Assembly (NCBI GenBank): GCA_030698395.1
Contig: JAUYKW010000025.1
Location: 68,179-132,178, forward strand
DNA: 64,000 nt
Source: a bacterium
Lineage (GTDB): Bacteria > Patescibacteriota > Patescibacteriia > UBA9570
Reading direction: 5' to 3'
Position 1 is the stretch's first letter, and each line of letters begins with the position of its first letter. The notes beneath the pieces are model-generated. The model was not told the origin of the DNA. It saw only the letters and a list, made by a program, of their open reading frames with translations, and made no database searches. Both the position numbers and the translations under genes were made by a program. Shown here piece by piece: positions 19,853 through 30,106 of the stretch.

Positions 19853-21106
19853 TTAGCGAATTTTGATCAATTTTACTCGCTTAATTTTTGTCTCTTCAGC
19901 CTCTTCAATAATTATCTTCACATTATTAATAGTCAGTTCGTCCCCTTTCTCTGGCACGATTCCTAATTCTTTCAATATTACCCAGGCAATACTCTTATGA
20001 TTAGACTCTCCTAGATCTACCGCCAGATGATCTTCAATATCCGACACATCAACATCTCCATCTACAATAATAGTTTTTTTATTTACTTGTTTTATTACAT
20101 CACTACCTTCATCCTGTTCATCAATTATCTCGCCAACTATTTCTTCTAAAATATCTTCCAATGTAACGAGTCCTCTTGTTTCACCAAACTCATTAACTAC
20201 TATCGCAATATGCTTTGTTTCTTTTTGAAAGGATCTCAACAAATCATCTAATGGTTTCTCTTCAGGTACAAATATAGCTGGTTTGATTAAATTCCGAATA
20301 CTAACTTCATTAATATCTCCCGTTCCAAAATCAACTAGTGCCTCCATTACATCCTTCGTATATATTATTCCTTCAATATTATCAATATTTCCTGAATACA
20401 CTGGGAATCGAGAAAATCCAGTTTCAACCATAATCTTCATTACTTCTCTAGAGCCCTGAGCAATATTAACAGAGACCATATCTGTTGAATGAGTCATGAC
20501 ATCCTCAGCAGTAACATCATTTAAGGTAAATATTTTTTCAATCATTTCACGCTCATCTGCCTCAACAGTACCTGATTCCGATCCCATATAAACCATTGCT
20601 TTTACCTCTTCTTCAGAAACACCCTCCATTGTCCCATCGCCACCAGCAATTAAGTTTGCTAATTTTGCCAATAATTCTAGTATGAAAGAAAAGGGGGTAA
20701 AAATAGTTAATAAAAAACTTGTCACAGGACTCGTCCAACGCGCAATTGAATCTGCATTTCTTTGTGCTAATGATTTTGGAATAATTTCTCCAGCAATTAA
20801 AATTATCAACGTCATGATTCCGGTTGCAATACCAACTCCACTAGATCCAAAAGTTTCAATGGCTAGCATTGTAGCGATTGAAGCAGCACCAATATTTACC
20901 AAATTATTACCAATTAAAATTGTTACTAACAATTTCTCTGGCTTACTTTTAATTTCCAATACTCGCCGTGCCTGTTTACCAACTCTACCTTCTTCGAGTG
21001 ACAAACTACGCAACTTTGCTTCACTAATAGAAAACAGGGCAATTTCAAGCCCTGAAAAAAATGCCGATAAGATTACTAAAACTATTAATATTGGGATTTC
21101 TTGCAT
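19853..21106 (-). CDS. CNNM/HlyC/CorC family transporter (DUF21 TM domain + CBS pair + CorC_HlyC)
   Basis: Four N-terminal TM helices, tandem CBS region, C-terminal transporter-associated domain. Confidence 0.75.
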   Translation of the reverse strand: MQEIPILIVLVILSAFFSGLEIALFSISEAKLRSLSLEEGRVGKQARRVLEIKSKPEKLLVTILIGNNLVNIGAASIATMLAIETFGSSGVGIATGIMTLIILIAGEIIPKSLAQRNADSIARWTSPVTSFLLTIFTPFSFILELLAKLANLIAGGDGTMEGVSEEEVKAMVYMGSESGTVEADEREMIEKIFTLNDVTAEDVMTHSTDMVSVNIAQGSREVMKIMVETGFSRFPVYSGNIDNIEGIIYTKDVMEALVDFGTGDINEVSIRNLIKPAIFVPEEKPLDDLLRSFQKETKHIAIVVNEFGETRGLVTLEDILEEIVGEIIDEQDEGSDVIKQVNKKTIIVDGDVDVSDIEDHLAVDLGESNHKSIAWVILKELGIVPEKGDELTINNVKIIIEEAEETKIKRVKLIKIR

Positions 21107-21150
21107 GTATTTATCTATTTAAATATACCATCAATTACTCATAAAGTCAA

Positions 21151-21777
21151 CTATTCAAAAAGGTCTCTTCCTACACGAACAATTGTCGCTCCTTCTTCTA
21201 TGGCCACCTTCCAATCAGTACTCATTCCCATAGACAATTCCCGTACTTGAAGTTTTTCTTGCAACTCCTTCATTTGCTTAAAATGAACTCTTGTTTGTGC
21301 AATTTTTTGTTGTGCAGTGATAGTCATGATTCCATCTATGGTTATATTGCTTAATTTCTTTAATTCAGGGAATATTCTAATACTCTCCTCATAAGTAAAG
21401 CCGTATTTATTATTATCTTCACTAATATTTATCTGAATATAAATTGAAATTACTTTGTTTGCATTAATGGCAGCTTGATTAATTTTTTCTGCTAACTTCA
21501 AACTATCAACAGTTTCTACACAGTCAAAAACAGCAACAACATCAACTACCTTATTAGTTTGTAGGTGACCAATAAAATGTTTCTCAATACTTTCAGGATA
21601 TAAATGAATTCTATCTTTTGCTTCTTGCCATCTACTTTCACCAATTAAATCAATGCCATATTTATTAAGTGCTGATTTAACATCAGTCATGGCACGATTT
21701 TTTACTACTGCCATAAGCCGTACTTGATCAGTACTATAAATATTGTACGACTCTTGTTCTTTGCTAAGACTGGCCAT
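21151..21777 (-). CDS. yggS: YggS family pyridoxal phosphate homeostasis protein
   Basis: Alanine-racemase-N-like fold with IGHLQTNKV motif. Confidence 0.8.
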   Translation of the reverse strand: MASLSKEQESYNIYSTDQVRLMAVVKNRAMTDVKSALNKYGIDLIGESRWQEAKDRIHLYPESIEKHFIGHLQTNKVVDVVAVFDCVETVDSLKLAEKINQAAINANKVISIYIQINISEDNNKYGFTYEESIRIFPELKKLSNITIDGIMTITAQQKIAQTRVHFKQMKELQEKLQVRELSMGMSTDWKVAIEEGATIVRVGRDLFE

Positions 21778-21896
21778 TTTAATAGGGTAACAAATTATAT
21801 TTTACTATTATTTTCATATATCTAAAGCATACCATAATAATACCATTAATTCATCACTTCACTTTATGTATGTTTCTTTTTACACGACTCACGTAA

Positions 21897-21914
21897 TTGT
21901 TCTACGTGGAACAT
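21897..21914. repeat. 18-nt palindromic motif TTGTTCTACGTGGAACAT, copy A (3' of tRNA-Ala)
   Basis: One of three copies of TTGTTCYACGTRGAACAT within 800 bp. Confidence 0.7.
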
Positions 21915-21922
21915 CGATAATG

Positions 21923-21995
21923 TGGACCATACTGGAGTCGAACCAGCGACCTCTCCCATGCCATGGGAGCGCTCTACCAACTGAGCTAATGGCCC
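21923..21995 (-). tRNA. tRNA-Ala (anticodon GGC)
   Basis: Reverse complement folds as a 73-nt cloverleaf: acceptor GGGCCAT/ATGGTCC with G3:U70 (Ala identity), anticodon stem CTCCC/GGGAG, loop ATGGCAT. Confidence 0.8.
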
Positions 21996-22079
21996 AAATA
22001 TTTTACATGTATATGCTCAGAGTCAATCCTTAAATGCTTCTTATCTACCTCAGCCGTAGGCTGATCCGCCTTTGGCGGA

Positions 22080-22098
22080 AACTGAGCTAATGGCCCTG
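22080..22098 (-). repeat. duplicated 5' fragment of tRNA-Ala (17 nt identical to GGGCCATTAGCTCAGTT) followed by nested hairpins
   Basis: Exact copy of the tRNA 5' end located about 85 bp upstream of the intact gene, continuing into hairpins TCCGCC-AAAG-GCGGA and CAGCC-TAC-GGCTG. Confidence 0.6.
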
Positions 22099-22283
22099 AA
22101 AAGTTGCTTTGCTACTGAACCGACAAAACGTTTCCTAAGTGAAAAATGCTTATTAGTTCAAATGCTAGTAACTCTTCTTTATATTTATATCAGAGTCTGT
22201 CTAGTTTATCCAAGTATCTGACAGATAGCAAGTCTGTAAAAAAAACCGTTTCTTGAAACATTTACTTAAAAAGCTTCAACGGA

Positions 22284-22301
22284 TTGTTCCACGTGGAACA
22301 T
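22284..22301. repeat. 18-nt palindromic motif TTGTTCCACGTGGAACAT, copy B (abuts stop codon of 22301..22672 gene)
   Basis: Perfect 14-bp palindrome GTTCCACGTGGAAC. Confidence 0.7.
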
Positions 22302-22672
22302 TAACGCGCAAAAAAAATAAAATCTCCCTCCTGTATATCTTTCAAAATTTCAGAAGTTCCAACAATTTTTGCAAACGCATTAATTGGCACCAAAGCACGT
22401 GGTTCACCAGCGTGACTAGCCGGAGTTGCACCAAAGAAAATAGCAATAGCAGATCCTTCAACCCAAAAACCAATTTCACCTTCATGCATCACTTCACGGG
22501 CGTCTTCCTCAATTTCAACTCCGATTATTGGAACGTCAAAATATAATTCATCACCCCAACGCTGTACATTACTTGCAAGAGGTAATTGATCATATACAAT
22601 ATGAGCAGTAACAGAGTCATAGAACTCTATATCTAACTTCAAATTACTAATTTCGATGTATGCAGTCTTCAT
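22301..22672 (-). CDS. hypothetical protein, possibly cyclophilin-like (TM1367-like) fold
   Basis: 123-aa ORF; pattern WGDELYFDVPI ... GEIGFWVEGSAIAIFFG ... INAFAKIVG resembles small cyclophilin-like-superfamily proteins from memory; flanked on both sides by the palindromic motif and by tRNA genes. Confidence 0.4.
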   Translation of the reverse strand: MKTAYIEISNLKLDIEFYDSVTAHIVYDQLPLASNVQRWGDELYFDVPIIGVEIEEDAREVMHEGEIGFWVEGSAIAIFFGATPASHAGEPRALVPINAFAKIVGTSEILKDIQEGDFIFFAR

Positions 22673-22679
22673 TTAAATA

Positions 22680-22697
22680 TTGTTCTACGTAGAACAT
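22680..22697. repeat. 18-nt palindromic motif TTGTTCTACGTAGAACAT, copy C (between tRNA-Arg 3' end and start of 22672 gene)
   Basis: Perfect 14-bp palindrome GTTCTACGTAGAAC 8 nt upstream of the start codon at 22672. Confidence 0.7.
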
Positions 22698-22700
22698 TTG

Positions 22701-22773
22701 TGCCCCCACCACGACTCGAACGTGGATTTAAGGCTTAGGAGTCCCTTGTTCTATCCTGTTGAACTATGGGGGC
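22701..22773 (-). tRNA. tRNA-Arg (anticodon CCT)
   Basis: Reverse complement: acceptor GCCCCCA/TGGGGGC, D-arm GTTC-AACAGGATA-GAAC, anticodon loop CTCCTAA, T-arm CCACG-TTCGAGT-CGTGG; anticodon stem has one non-canonical pair so assignment is moderately confident. Confidence 0.65.
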
Positions 22774-23139
22774 AATTATTTTGCCAATGTTAGCACAAAA
22801 TAAGAGTCGTACAATATTATCCTAATAGAGTACTATAAACCTTCTGTGCAAAAAGAGAAAAATTACCCGTTGCATTGTCATATACATACAAACTAGCAAC
22901 TACACCTACGGCAATAAGTGAAATCACTGCAAATTGAATTAAGTCTCGCACAATAAAATTTTGAATTCCTTCTTTCATGATTCTATTGTAGCATGGATGC
23001 TACTAATGCCAAGTTTATTTTTTTACAATCACAACATTTTAATACAAAATTTTGTGCAGGGTTTACATCTTACACAGTGTACGATAAATTACTTAGACAC
23101 ATGGATAACTTTATTTAAAAAATATAAATCAAATAAACA

Positions 23140-23544
23140 ATGTTCAATCCTAAAGAAGAGGGCATGATGGACGACGCCCCAGAAACCATCATCGGACAGG
23201 CTGTTCGCGTAGAAGGAGTTTTTTCAGGTTCAGGTAATGTAACGGTCTATGGAGAGGTTGTTGGGACATTCACAACTTCAGGTGATTTAATAGTAGAAGA
23301 CACTGCAAAAATTGAAGCTGATGTTGAGGCAAATAACATTACAGTATCTGGAGAAATTCATGGAAAAATAAAATGTCATGGCCAATTGAACTTATTAGCT
23401 TCTGGAAAAATTTACGGGGACGTACAGAGCGAAGTATTCTCAGTTGAAACCGGCGCAATTTTACAAGGACAATGCGTCACAGGGAATGGAGGAGGAACTG
23501 TAGAGCATGAAGAACCAACAGAAGAGGAAGTAAACGAGGAATAG
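23140..23544 (+). CDS. bactofilin family cytoskeletal protein
   Basis: Repetitive beta-helical DUF583-like segments (VEGVFSGSGNVTVYGEVVG, ITVSGEIHGKIKCHGQLNLLASGKIYGDVQ) and acidic C-terminal tail. Confidence 0.7.
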   Translation: MFNPKEEGMMDDAPETIIGQAVRVEGVFSGSGNVTVYGEVVGTFTTSGDLIVEDTAKIEADVEANNITVSGEIHGKIKCHGQLNLLASGKIYGDVQSEVFSVETGAILQGQCVTGNGGGTVEHEEPTEEEVNEE

Positions 23545-23553
23545 GTCCGTCGT

Positions 23554-24333
23554 ATGTTCTTCTATCTATACGATACTTTTGTCCTTGAAAAAAAACACGA
23601 AAACACACTAACCGGTGTAGAAAACAGAATCATTGAACTTGGAATCAATGGTAGAGTAGAAAAATTAACAGCTCTTCGAAACATGAAGGAGCTTCTGGAA
23701 AGCGCTGTTAAACAGGAGGCTCATACTATAGTTGTAGTTGGGGATGATGCTACATTTGTAAAAGCAATAAATATTCTAGCTCAACAAGATGTTACTATTG
23801 GCTATATACCTTTTAGTGATCAATCAAATCTTGCTCAAATTTTCGGAATTCCAGACACCTTTGAGGCGTGCAATATTTTATCTCGTCGAATTATAAAAAC
23901 ATTTGATTTAGGAAAAGCAAATCAAAACTATTTTCTCACAGCTGCTATCGCAGAAAACTGTAAAGGACTCCAAATTAAATGTAATGATCAATACACAATT
24001 TCGTTTCCCAAGCATCAGGCTCAAGCTAGTTTTTTAAACCTGGGCAATGTCTTACAACAACCCTTTGATGAGACTTCTATTCGTAATACTACAAATAAGC
24101 AATTAATATTGGAAATAACAGAACCAATAAAAAAATCACGCTTTCGTAGAAAAAATACTGAAATAAACGAACCTATTCCAACGCAGTTACCCTTACAAAA
24201 GGCGACTCTAGATCATGAATCTGAGCCAATTGAAATCCGGCTTGATAATGAAACCACCCTAAAAACACCTATATCGATTACCGTAAAGCCAAAAAGTCTC
24301 AAGGCTATAGTTGGTAAAGAGCGCTTAATTTAA
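23554..24333 (+). CDS. diacylglycerol/lipid kinase catalytic-domain family protein with degenerate catalytic motifs
   Basis: DAGK_cat-like layout but GGDGT replaced by VVVGDDAT and the downstream GTGN region replaced by FSDQSN; likely inactive or divergent. Confidence 0.5.
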   Translation: MFFYLYDTFVLEKKHENTLTGVENRIIELGINGRVEKLTALRNMKELLESAVKQEAHTIVVVGDDATFVKAINILAQQDVTIGYIPFSDQSNLAQIFGIPDTFEACNILSRRIIKTFDLGKANQNYFLTAAIAENCKGLQIKCNDQYTISFPKHQAQASFLNLGNVLQQPFDETSIRNTTNKQLILEITEPIKKSRFRRKNTEINEPIPTQLPLQKATLDHESEPIEIRLDNETTLKTPISITVKPKSLKAIVGKERLI

Positions 24334-24423
24334 ATAAATAGATTAAAAACAACACACACCAAAAGCTTTGGTAAGCTTTATAATATTGACATTTTAAGCC
24401 AAAATCTGTAACTTACATAAGTT

Positions 24424-26403
24424 ATGAACGTAACAGAAATTGTACGCGAACTTAAAATGACCAAGGATGAGTTCTTTCCTCTAGCGAAAGAGCTTGGTTT
24501 TGATATTGGGGAACGCGCCATCAAGGTCGATGACATGATTGCAGTAAAATTAATCGCAGCAATTAAGAAAAATCATAAACAATCAAAGAAGAAAAGTTTA
24601 TTTGAACATGAAAAAGAAGTAGAAGAAATAGTTGAAGAAGGACCACCTACAGAAAAAGAAATTCTTGAAGTAACAAATCCAATCACTACCAAACAATTTG
24701 CTGACTTAATGGAAAAATCAGTCACTGAAGTAATTGCTGTGCTAGTTCAAAATGGCATCATGGCCACTATTAATCAAAATTTAGATTTTGAAACTGTCAC
24801 TATCATTGCTGAAGATATGGGATATAAAACTGTGCTAGTTGATGACTCCAATGATAAAACCGTAGAAAAAGAAAGAGAAGAACAATTAGAAACTGCGTTA
24901 TCCAAAGATACAAAATCTCAACTAGAAAACAGACCCCCTATAGTTGTAGTCATGGGTCACGTTGATCATGGAAAAACAAAATTATTAGACGCTCTCCGCC
25001 AAACTGATATTGTTGCTGAAGAAGCTGGTGGAATTACTCAAAGTATTGGTGCATATCAAATAACACATAAAGATAGAACTGTAACTTTTATCGATACTCC
25101 TGGTCATGAAGCATTTACAGCTATGCGTTCCCGAGGAGCTAATGTTGCTGACTTAGCCATTCTTGTAATTGCAGCCGATGATGGCGTGAAACCACAAACT
25201 ATGGAAGCAATAGAAATTCTTGAAAAGGCCAAGCTTCCTTTTATTGTAGCAATTAATAAAATTGATAAGCCAGACGCTGATATAGATAATGTAAAAAAGG
25301 GTTTATCTGAATTAAGCTTAATCCCAGAAGATTGGGGTGGAACAACAATTTGTGTACCAGTATCAGCAAAGGCTAAACAAAATATTGATGAACTACTAGA
25401 AATGGTACTACTAGTAGCAGATATGAATAAGGACACCATTCAGGCTAACCCAAATCGTGATGCAGTTGGTACTATTATCGAATCAAAAATCGATAAAGAT
25501 ACTGGAGCAGTTGCAACTGTATTAATTCAAACTGGAACACTCCGCGTTGGTGATATTGTTCAAACTGGTGATGTTAATGGAAAAATAAAAGCTTTGAAAA
25601 CATGGAAGGGAGAAAAAGTCACAGCAGCAGCACCTTCAATGCCAGTAGAGTTTTTAGGCCTTAAAGGAGCGCCTGTGGTTGGAGATATTCTTACAGTAAT
25701 TGATAAAAAAGATTTAAAGAAACAAAAAAAATCTTACCAATCATTTGGTTATCTCAAAGACGCTACAGCTCAAGTTGAGTCTAATAAGACAAAATTAAAA
25801 GTAATATTAAAAGCAGATACCCTTGGATCTCTAGAAGCTGTGACGGAATCTCTGAAAAAAATTAACTATGAAGAAGTAGAAGTAGAAATTATCAAAAGTG
25901 GTTTAGGAAATTTCACAGAAAAAGATATTGATCAAGCTGTAGCTGCAAAAGCAAAACTAATTGGCTTTAATGTAAATATGAGTCCAGTTGCTGCAGATTA
26001 TGCTCTTGGTACTCAAACCAAGGAACAATCATTCTCGATAATCTATAAACTAATAGAGCATATAGAAGAACAGTTAGGTGATCTCTTAGAACCTGAAATT
26101 GTATACAATAAAATTGGTGAAATTAAAGTATTGGCGATATTCAAACGAACTGCCAAAACAACCATTGTTGGCGGACGTGTTCAAAGTGGTCTTATTAAAA
26201 ATAAAGCAATTGCCAAAGTAGTACGTAATGAAAAAATTATCGGGGAAGCAACAGTTTCTCAACTAAGGGTTGGTCCCAAAAATGTATCAGAAGTAACATC
26301 TGGTAGTGAGTGTGGCATCAGTATTGATACAGCAGTAGAGGCAGAGATTGATGATATTATAGAAATATATCAATCTGAAGAGAAAAAAAGAATCCTTAAA
26401 TAA
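24424..26403 (+). CDS. infB: translation initiation factor IF-2
   Basis: GTPase G1 VVVMGHVDHGKTKLLD, DTPGHEAF, NKIDK, C-terminal beta-barrel domains. Confidence 0.9.
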   Translation: MNVTEIVRELKMTKDEFFPLAKELGFDIGERAIKVDDMIAVKLIAAIKKNHKQSKKKSLFEHEKEVEEIVEEGPPTEKEILEVTNPITTKQFADLMEKSVTEVIAVLVQNGIMATINQNLDFETVTIIAEDMGYKTVLVDDSNDKTVEKEREEQLETALSKDTKSQLENRPPIVVVMGHVDHGKTKLLDALRQTDIVAEEAGGITQSIGAYQITHKDRTVTFIDTPGHEAFTAMRSRGANVADLAILVIAADDGVKPQTMEAIEILEKAKLPFIVAINKIDKPDADIDNVKKGLSELSLIPEDWGGTTICVPVSAKAKQNIDELLEMVLLVADMNKDTIQANPNRDAVGTIIESKIDKDTGAVATVLIQTGTLRVGDIVQTGDVNGKIKALKTWKGEKVTAAAPSMPVEFLGLKGAPVVGDILTVIDKKDLKKQKKSYQSFGYLKDATAQVESNKTKLKVILKADTLGSLEAVTESLKKINYEEVEVEIIKSGLGNFTEKDIDQAVAAKAKLIGFNVNMSPVAADYALGTQTKEQSFSIIYKLIEHIEEQLGDLLEPEIVYNKIGEIKVLAIFKRTAKTTIVGGRVQSGLIKNKAIAKVVRNEKIIGEATVSQLRVGPKNVSEVTSGSECGISIDTAVEAEIDDIIEIYQSEEKKRILK

Positions 26404-26409
26404 ACTTGT

Positions 26410-26754
26410 ATGAGTGCAAATCGCATGGATCAAATCAACGAATTGCTGCGATCTGAATTAGCGCTTCAAATTAGTCGATCCGTAGAGTTGCCAGATGGAT
26501 CAGTAGTATCAATTACAAAAGTAAGAACATCTCCAGACTTACGTCATGCTTCAGTTTTTGTAACAATTATGCCAGACAAACTATCAGGTACAATCTTAAA
26601 AACTCTTAAAAAAGAATTGTTTAATATTGGCCAAGAAATAGCGCCAAAATTATCATTACGAAATTTCCCTCGTCTCCAAGTTAAAATTGACGAAACCGAA
26701 CGATCCGCTGCCCATATCGAAAACCTCCTTGACAAAATCAAGGAAAACCAGTAG
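26410..26754 (+). CDS. rbfA: ribosome-binding factor A
   Basis: RbfA KH-like fold motif ITKVRTSPDLRHASVFV; conserved infB-rbfA order. Confidence 0.8.
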   Translation: MSANRMDQINELLRSELALQISRSVELPDGSVVSITKVRTSPDLRHASVFVTIMPDKLSGTILKTLKKELFNIGQEIAPKLSLRNFPRLQVKIDETERSAAHIENLLDKIKENQ

Positions 26755-26756
26755 GG

Positions 26757-27749
26757 TTGTCCGTTATGGTAAACCATACACACAAAGAAATTCTTCAGCA
26801 AATCGACCATGCTCAGCATGTTGTTTTGGTATCGCACCGTGGTCCAGACGGAGACACAGTTGGATCGGCATTAGCTTTGCAACAATATATTGATGCTTTA
26901 GGGAAAAAAGTTACTTGTTATTGCGTAAATGAAACCCCTCCTCACTTAGGCTTTCTGCTAAACTCAGAAAAAATTGGTCCACATAATACTGTTTGGAATG
27001 ATGACACCGTTGATCTTGTAATTGTATTAGATTCAGGTGATTTGGTGCACGCTGGAGTTGCTGAATATATACCCAATGGCCCAGACCGAAAATGGCCAGT
27101 AATTTGTATCGACCACCACATAACAAATAAACAATATGGTGATTTTAATTTAATCAATAGTGAAGCATCCTCAACATGCGAAATCGTTTATGGATTACTC
27201 GAAGACACAAATGCAATCAACAAAGACATCGCCACTTGTTTATTAACTGGCTTAATCACTGATACCGGAAGCTTTTCCAACCTAGCTACAACTGCTAGTT
27301 CTGTTCACACTGCATCAAAGCTTTTGTCTCTTGGTGCTAATCTTCAACAAATTGCAAAACACGCCCTAAACTATCGCCCCTATACAACATTGAAACTCTG
27401 GGGACGCGCTCTAGAGAGACTCCATGAAGATGAAAAAACTGGCATGATTGTAACTGTTATTACTCTAGATGATATCACTGAATGCAATGCTGATAGTGAA
27501 GCTGTTTCTGGTATATCAAATTTTTTAAATGATCTAGAACAAGCTGCGGAAAAGGCTATTATGGTACTAGCTCAAACTACTCCTGGTGTTATTAAAGCGA
27601 GTTTACGTACAACAAATCCATTGATTGATGTGTCTGAATTTGCTAAACTCAACGGAGGCGGTGGTCATAAAAAAGCTGCTGGCTTCACTATTAATGGAAC
27701 TTTAGAACATACAAATAATGGATATGAAATCATCAACAAGAGGGATTAA
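26757..27749 (+). CDS. nrnA: DHH-family phosphoesterase, NrnA-like oligoribonuclease/pAp phosphatase
   Basis: DHH motifs [18 protein letters not shown] (ICIDHHITN), C-terminal DHHA1 GGGH. Confidence 0.75.
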   Translation: MSVMVNHTHKEILQQIDHAQHVVLVSHRGPDGDTVGSALALQQYIDALGKKVTCYCVNETPPHLGFLLNSEKIGPHNTVWNDDTVDLVIVLDSGDLVHAGVAEYIPNGPDRKWPVICIDHHITNKQYGDFNLINSEASSTCEIVYGLLEDTNAINKDIATCLLTGLITDTGSFSNLATTASSVHTASKLLSLGANLQQIAKHALNYRPYTTLKLWGRALERLHEDEKTGMIVTVITLDDITECNADSEAVSGISNFLNDLEQAAEKAIMVLAQTTPGVIKASLRTTNPLIDVSEFAKLNGGGGHKKAAGFTINGTLEHTNNGYEIINKRD

Positions 27750-28320
27750 CCTAATACCAACTGTAATAGAAAAAACTTCCGAAGGGGAGCGTGCATATGA
27801 TATTTATTCTCGATTACTAAAAGAAAGAATTGTCTTTTTAGGAACACCTGTAACAGACGACATTGCTAATAGCATCATTGCACAACTATTATTTTTAGAA
27901 TCACAAAGCCCAAAACAAGATGTAACTCTTTATGTAAATTCTCCTGGTGGTTTAGTTACTGCGGGTTTAGCGGTCTACGATACAATGCAATATATAAAAT
28001 GTGACGTTTCCACAATTGTAGTTGGAACAGCTGCTTCTATGGCTGCAGTGTTATTAGCTGGTGGAACTGTTGGTAAGCGTTATTCTTTGCCCAACTCAGA
28101 AATCATGATTCACCAACCAATGGGTGGTGCGGAAGGGCAAGCATCTGATATAAAAATTCGTGCAGAACACATATTAAAGACCCGAGAACGTCTTAATAAT
28201 ATACTCACTAAACACACAAAACAGTCATTAAAACAGATAGAAATAGATACAGATCGTGATAAATTCATGAGTGCGGAAGATGCAAAAAAATACGGAATAA
28301 TAGACAAAATTATTTCATAA
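27718..28320 (+). CDS. clpP: ATP-dependent Clp protease proteolytic subunit
   Basis: [32 protein letters not shown], catalytic Ser in GTAASMAA, His in MIHQP. Confidence 0.9.
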   Translation: MDMKSSTRGINLIPTVIEKTSEGERAYDIYSRLLKERIVFLGTPVTDDIANSIIAQLLFLESQSPKQDVTLYVNSPGGLVTAGLAVYDTMQYIKCDVSTIVVGTAASMAAVLLAGGTVGKRYSLPNSEIMIHQPMGGAEGQASDIKIRAEHILKTRERLNNILTKHTKQSLKQIEIDTDRDKFMSAEDAKKYGIIDKIIS

Positions 28321-28569
28321 ACCCTTTACACCTTATTACGAATCTGGTAGGCTAATTTTAGCTTATCTTTTAGAATTATCTTTCTTTATAGATAAGCTAT
28401 TATTAAAAAATTAGTCTGCAGACAAGCCCGAGGATTGCGCTTAACGCTAGAACTTGTAGAACAACACCATACATGACTACTCTCTATCAAAAAATACAAG
28501 ACACCCTCATAAATAAACTGACAATCTAGTTCAGTCTGTTTGCTTGCCTGTTAAAACAGGAAAATAATT

Positions 28570-30096
28570 ATGGAAATATTCATTGGACCACTGTTTCTAG
28601 TGGTCGGAGCGCTATTAGGCGCCGGCATTGGCTATTGGTTTCGCAAACAAGTAGCTGCAAAAACCCAAGATTCTGCGGAAGCAAAAGCTGAAAACATTAT
28701 TCAGCAAGCAAAAAGCAAACAACAAGAACTTTTATTAGGAGCAAAAGAAAAATCTCTTAAGCTATTAGATGAAGCTAAAAAAGAGGAAATTGAACGACGC
28801 AAAGAAACTACAAACACCCAAAGACGTTTAGAAAAGCGTGAGAGTCTATTTGACGACAAGTTATTAGACCTTGAAAATAAACAACAGGAGTTACGAAAAA
28901 AAGCAGTAAAAATTGATTCTATCAAAGAAGAAATCGGATCAATTAAAGTTCAGCAACTAGAAGTATTAGAAAAGGTAGCTGGAATGAACAAAAAGGATGC
29001 TTTAGCACTTGTAGAGAAACGAGTAGAAGAAGAACATAGTGAGGCATTAATGAGTAGACTACACAAATTAAATGAACAAGGTGGCGAGGAAATGGAACGC
29101 AAAGCAAAGGAACTAATGACTGTTGTAATCCAACGCTGTTCCACGAGTCATGCTGCTGAAACCACAACAACAGTAGTTCAATTACCAAGCGATGACATGA
29201 AAGGTCGAATTATCGGAAAAGAAGGTCGTAATATCAAAAGAATTGAAGAGCTTACCGGTGTAGAAATTATTATTGATGACACGCCAGGAGCAATTGTAGT
29301 ATCAGGATTTTCGCCAATCCGCAGACACTTAGCCAAAAGGGCTCTCGACATTTTAATATCTGATGGTCGCATCCATCCAGCGCGAATTGAAGAGTCAATT
29401 GAACAGGCAAAAAAAGATCTAGCCTTAGACATTAAAGCTGCTGGAGAAGCTGCCTTATATGAAGTTGGAATTGCTGGTTTTGAACCAAAGCTAGTTTCGA
29501 TTTTGGGCAGACTGAAATATCGAACATCTTATGGTCAAAATGTATTACGTCATTCTATAGAAGTTGCATTTTTAGCAGCTATGTTAGCTGAGCACTTAGG
29601 AGCAGACCCTGCCATCGCAAAAAAAGGTGGTCTCTTGCATGATATTGGTAAATCAGTTGATCATGAAATGAAAGGTACTCATCCAGAGCTCGGTCGTGAC
29701 ATCGCAAAGAAATTTGGTTTATCTGACGAGATAATTGCACCAATTCTGTATCATCATGATGATGTACCGCCAACACTAGAGGCTGTCATTGTAAAAGTTG
29801 CTGATGCAATTTCTGGATCTCGACCAGGTGCAAGAAAAGATACCTATGAAAATTATGTACAGCGCCTTGAAGAACTTGAAGCTGTAACATTAAAATTTGA
29901 AGGTGTTGAAAAAGCATACGCTATTCAAGCTGGTAGAGAAGTTAGAGTATTTGTTCATCCAGATAAAATTGATGATTTTGCAGCATCGGAACTTGCGAAA
30001 AATATTGCAAAAAGAATAGAAGAAGAATTAAAATATCCTGGAGAAATCAAAGTAAATTTAATTCGTGAAAAACGAGTCATCGAATACGCACGTTAA
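28570..30096 (+). CDS. rny: ribonuclease Y
   Basis: N-terminal TM helix, coiled-coil, KH domain (GRIIGKEGRNIK), HD domain (LLHDIGK). Confidence 0.9.
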   Translation: MEIFIGPLFLVVGALLGAGIGYWFRKQVAAKTQDSAEAKAENIIQQAKSKQQELLLGAKEKSLKLLDEAKKEEIERRKETTNTQRRLEKRESLFDDKLLDLENKQQELRKKAVKIDSIKEEIGSIKVQQLEVLEKVAGMNKKDALALVEKRVEEEHSEALMSRLHKLNEQGGEEMERKAKELMTVVIQRCSTSHAAETTTTVVQLPSDDMKGRIIGKEGRNIKRIEELTGVEIIIDDTPGAIVVSGFSPIRRHLAKRALDILISDGRIHPARIEESIEQAKKDLALDIKAAGEAALYEVGIAGFEPKLVSILGRLKYRTSYGQNVLRHSIEVAFLAAMLAEHLGADPAIAKKGGLLHDIGKSVDHEMKGTHPELGRDIAKKFGLSDEIIAPILYHHDDVPPTLEAVIVKVADAISGSRPGARKDTYENYVQRLEELEAVTLKFEGVEKAYAIQAGREVRVFVHPDKIDDFAASELAKNIAKRIEEELKYPGEIKVNLIREKRVIEYAR

Positions 30097-30106
30097 GCAC
30101 GAAGCT

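Noticed and set aside
22080-22098. Second tRNA-Ala gene
   Set aside because: Only the 5' 17 nt are present; no anticodon arm or 3' acceptor strand, so it is a fragment, not a gene.
22817-22978. 53-aa minus-strand ORF (MKEGIQNFIVRDLIQFAVISLIAVGVVASL...) between tRNA-Arg and bactofilin
   Set aside because: Plausible small membrane peptide but no conservation evidence or RBS visible; too weak to annotate.
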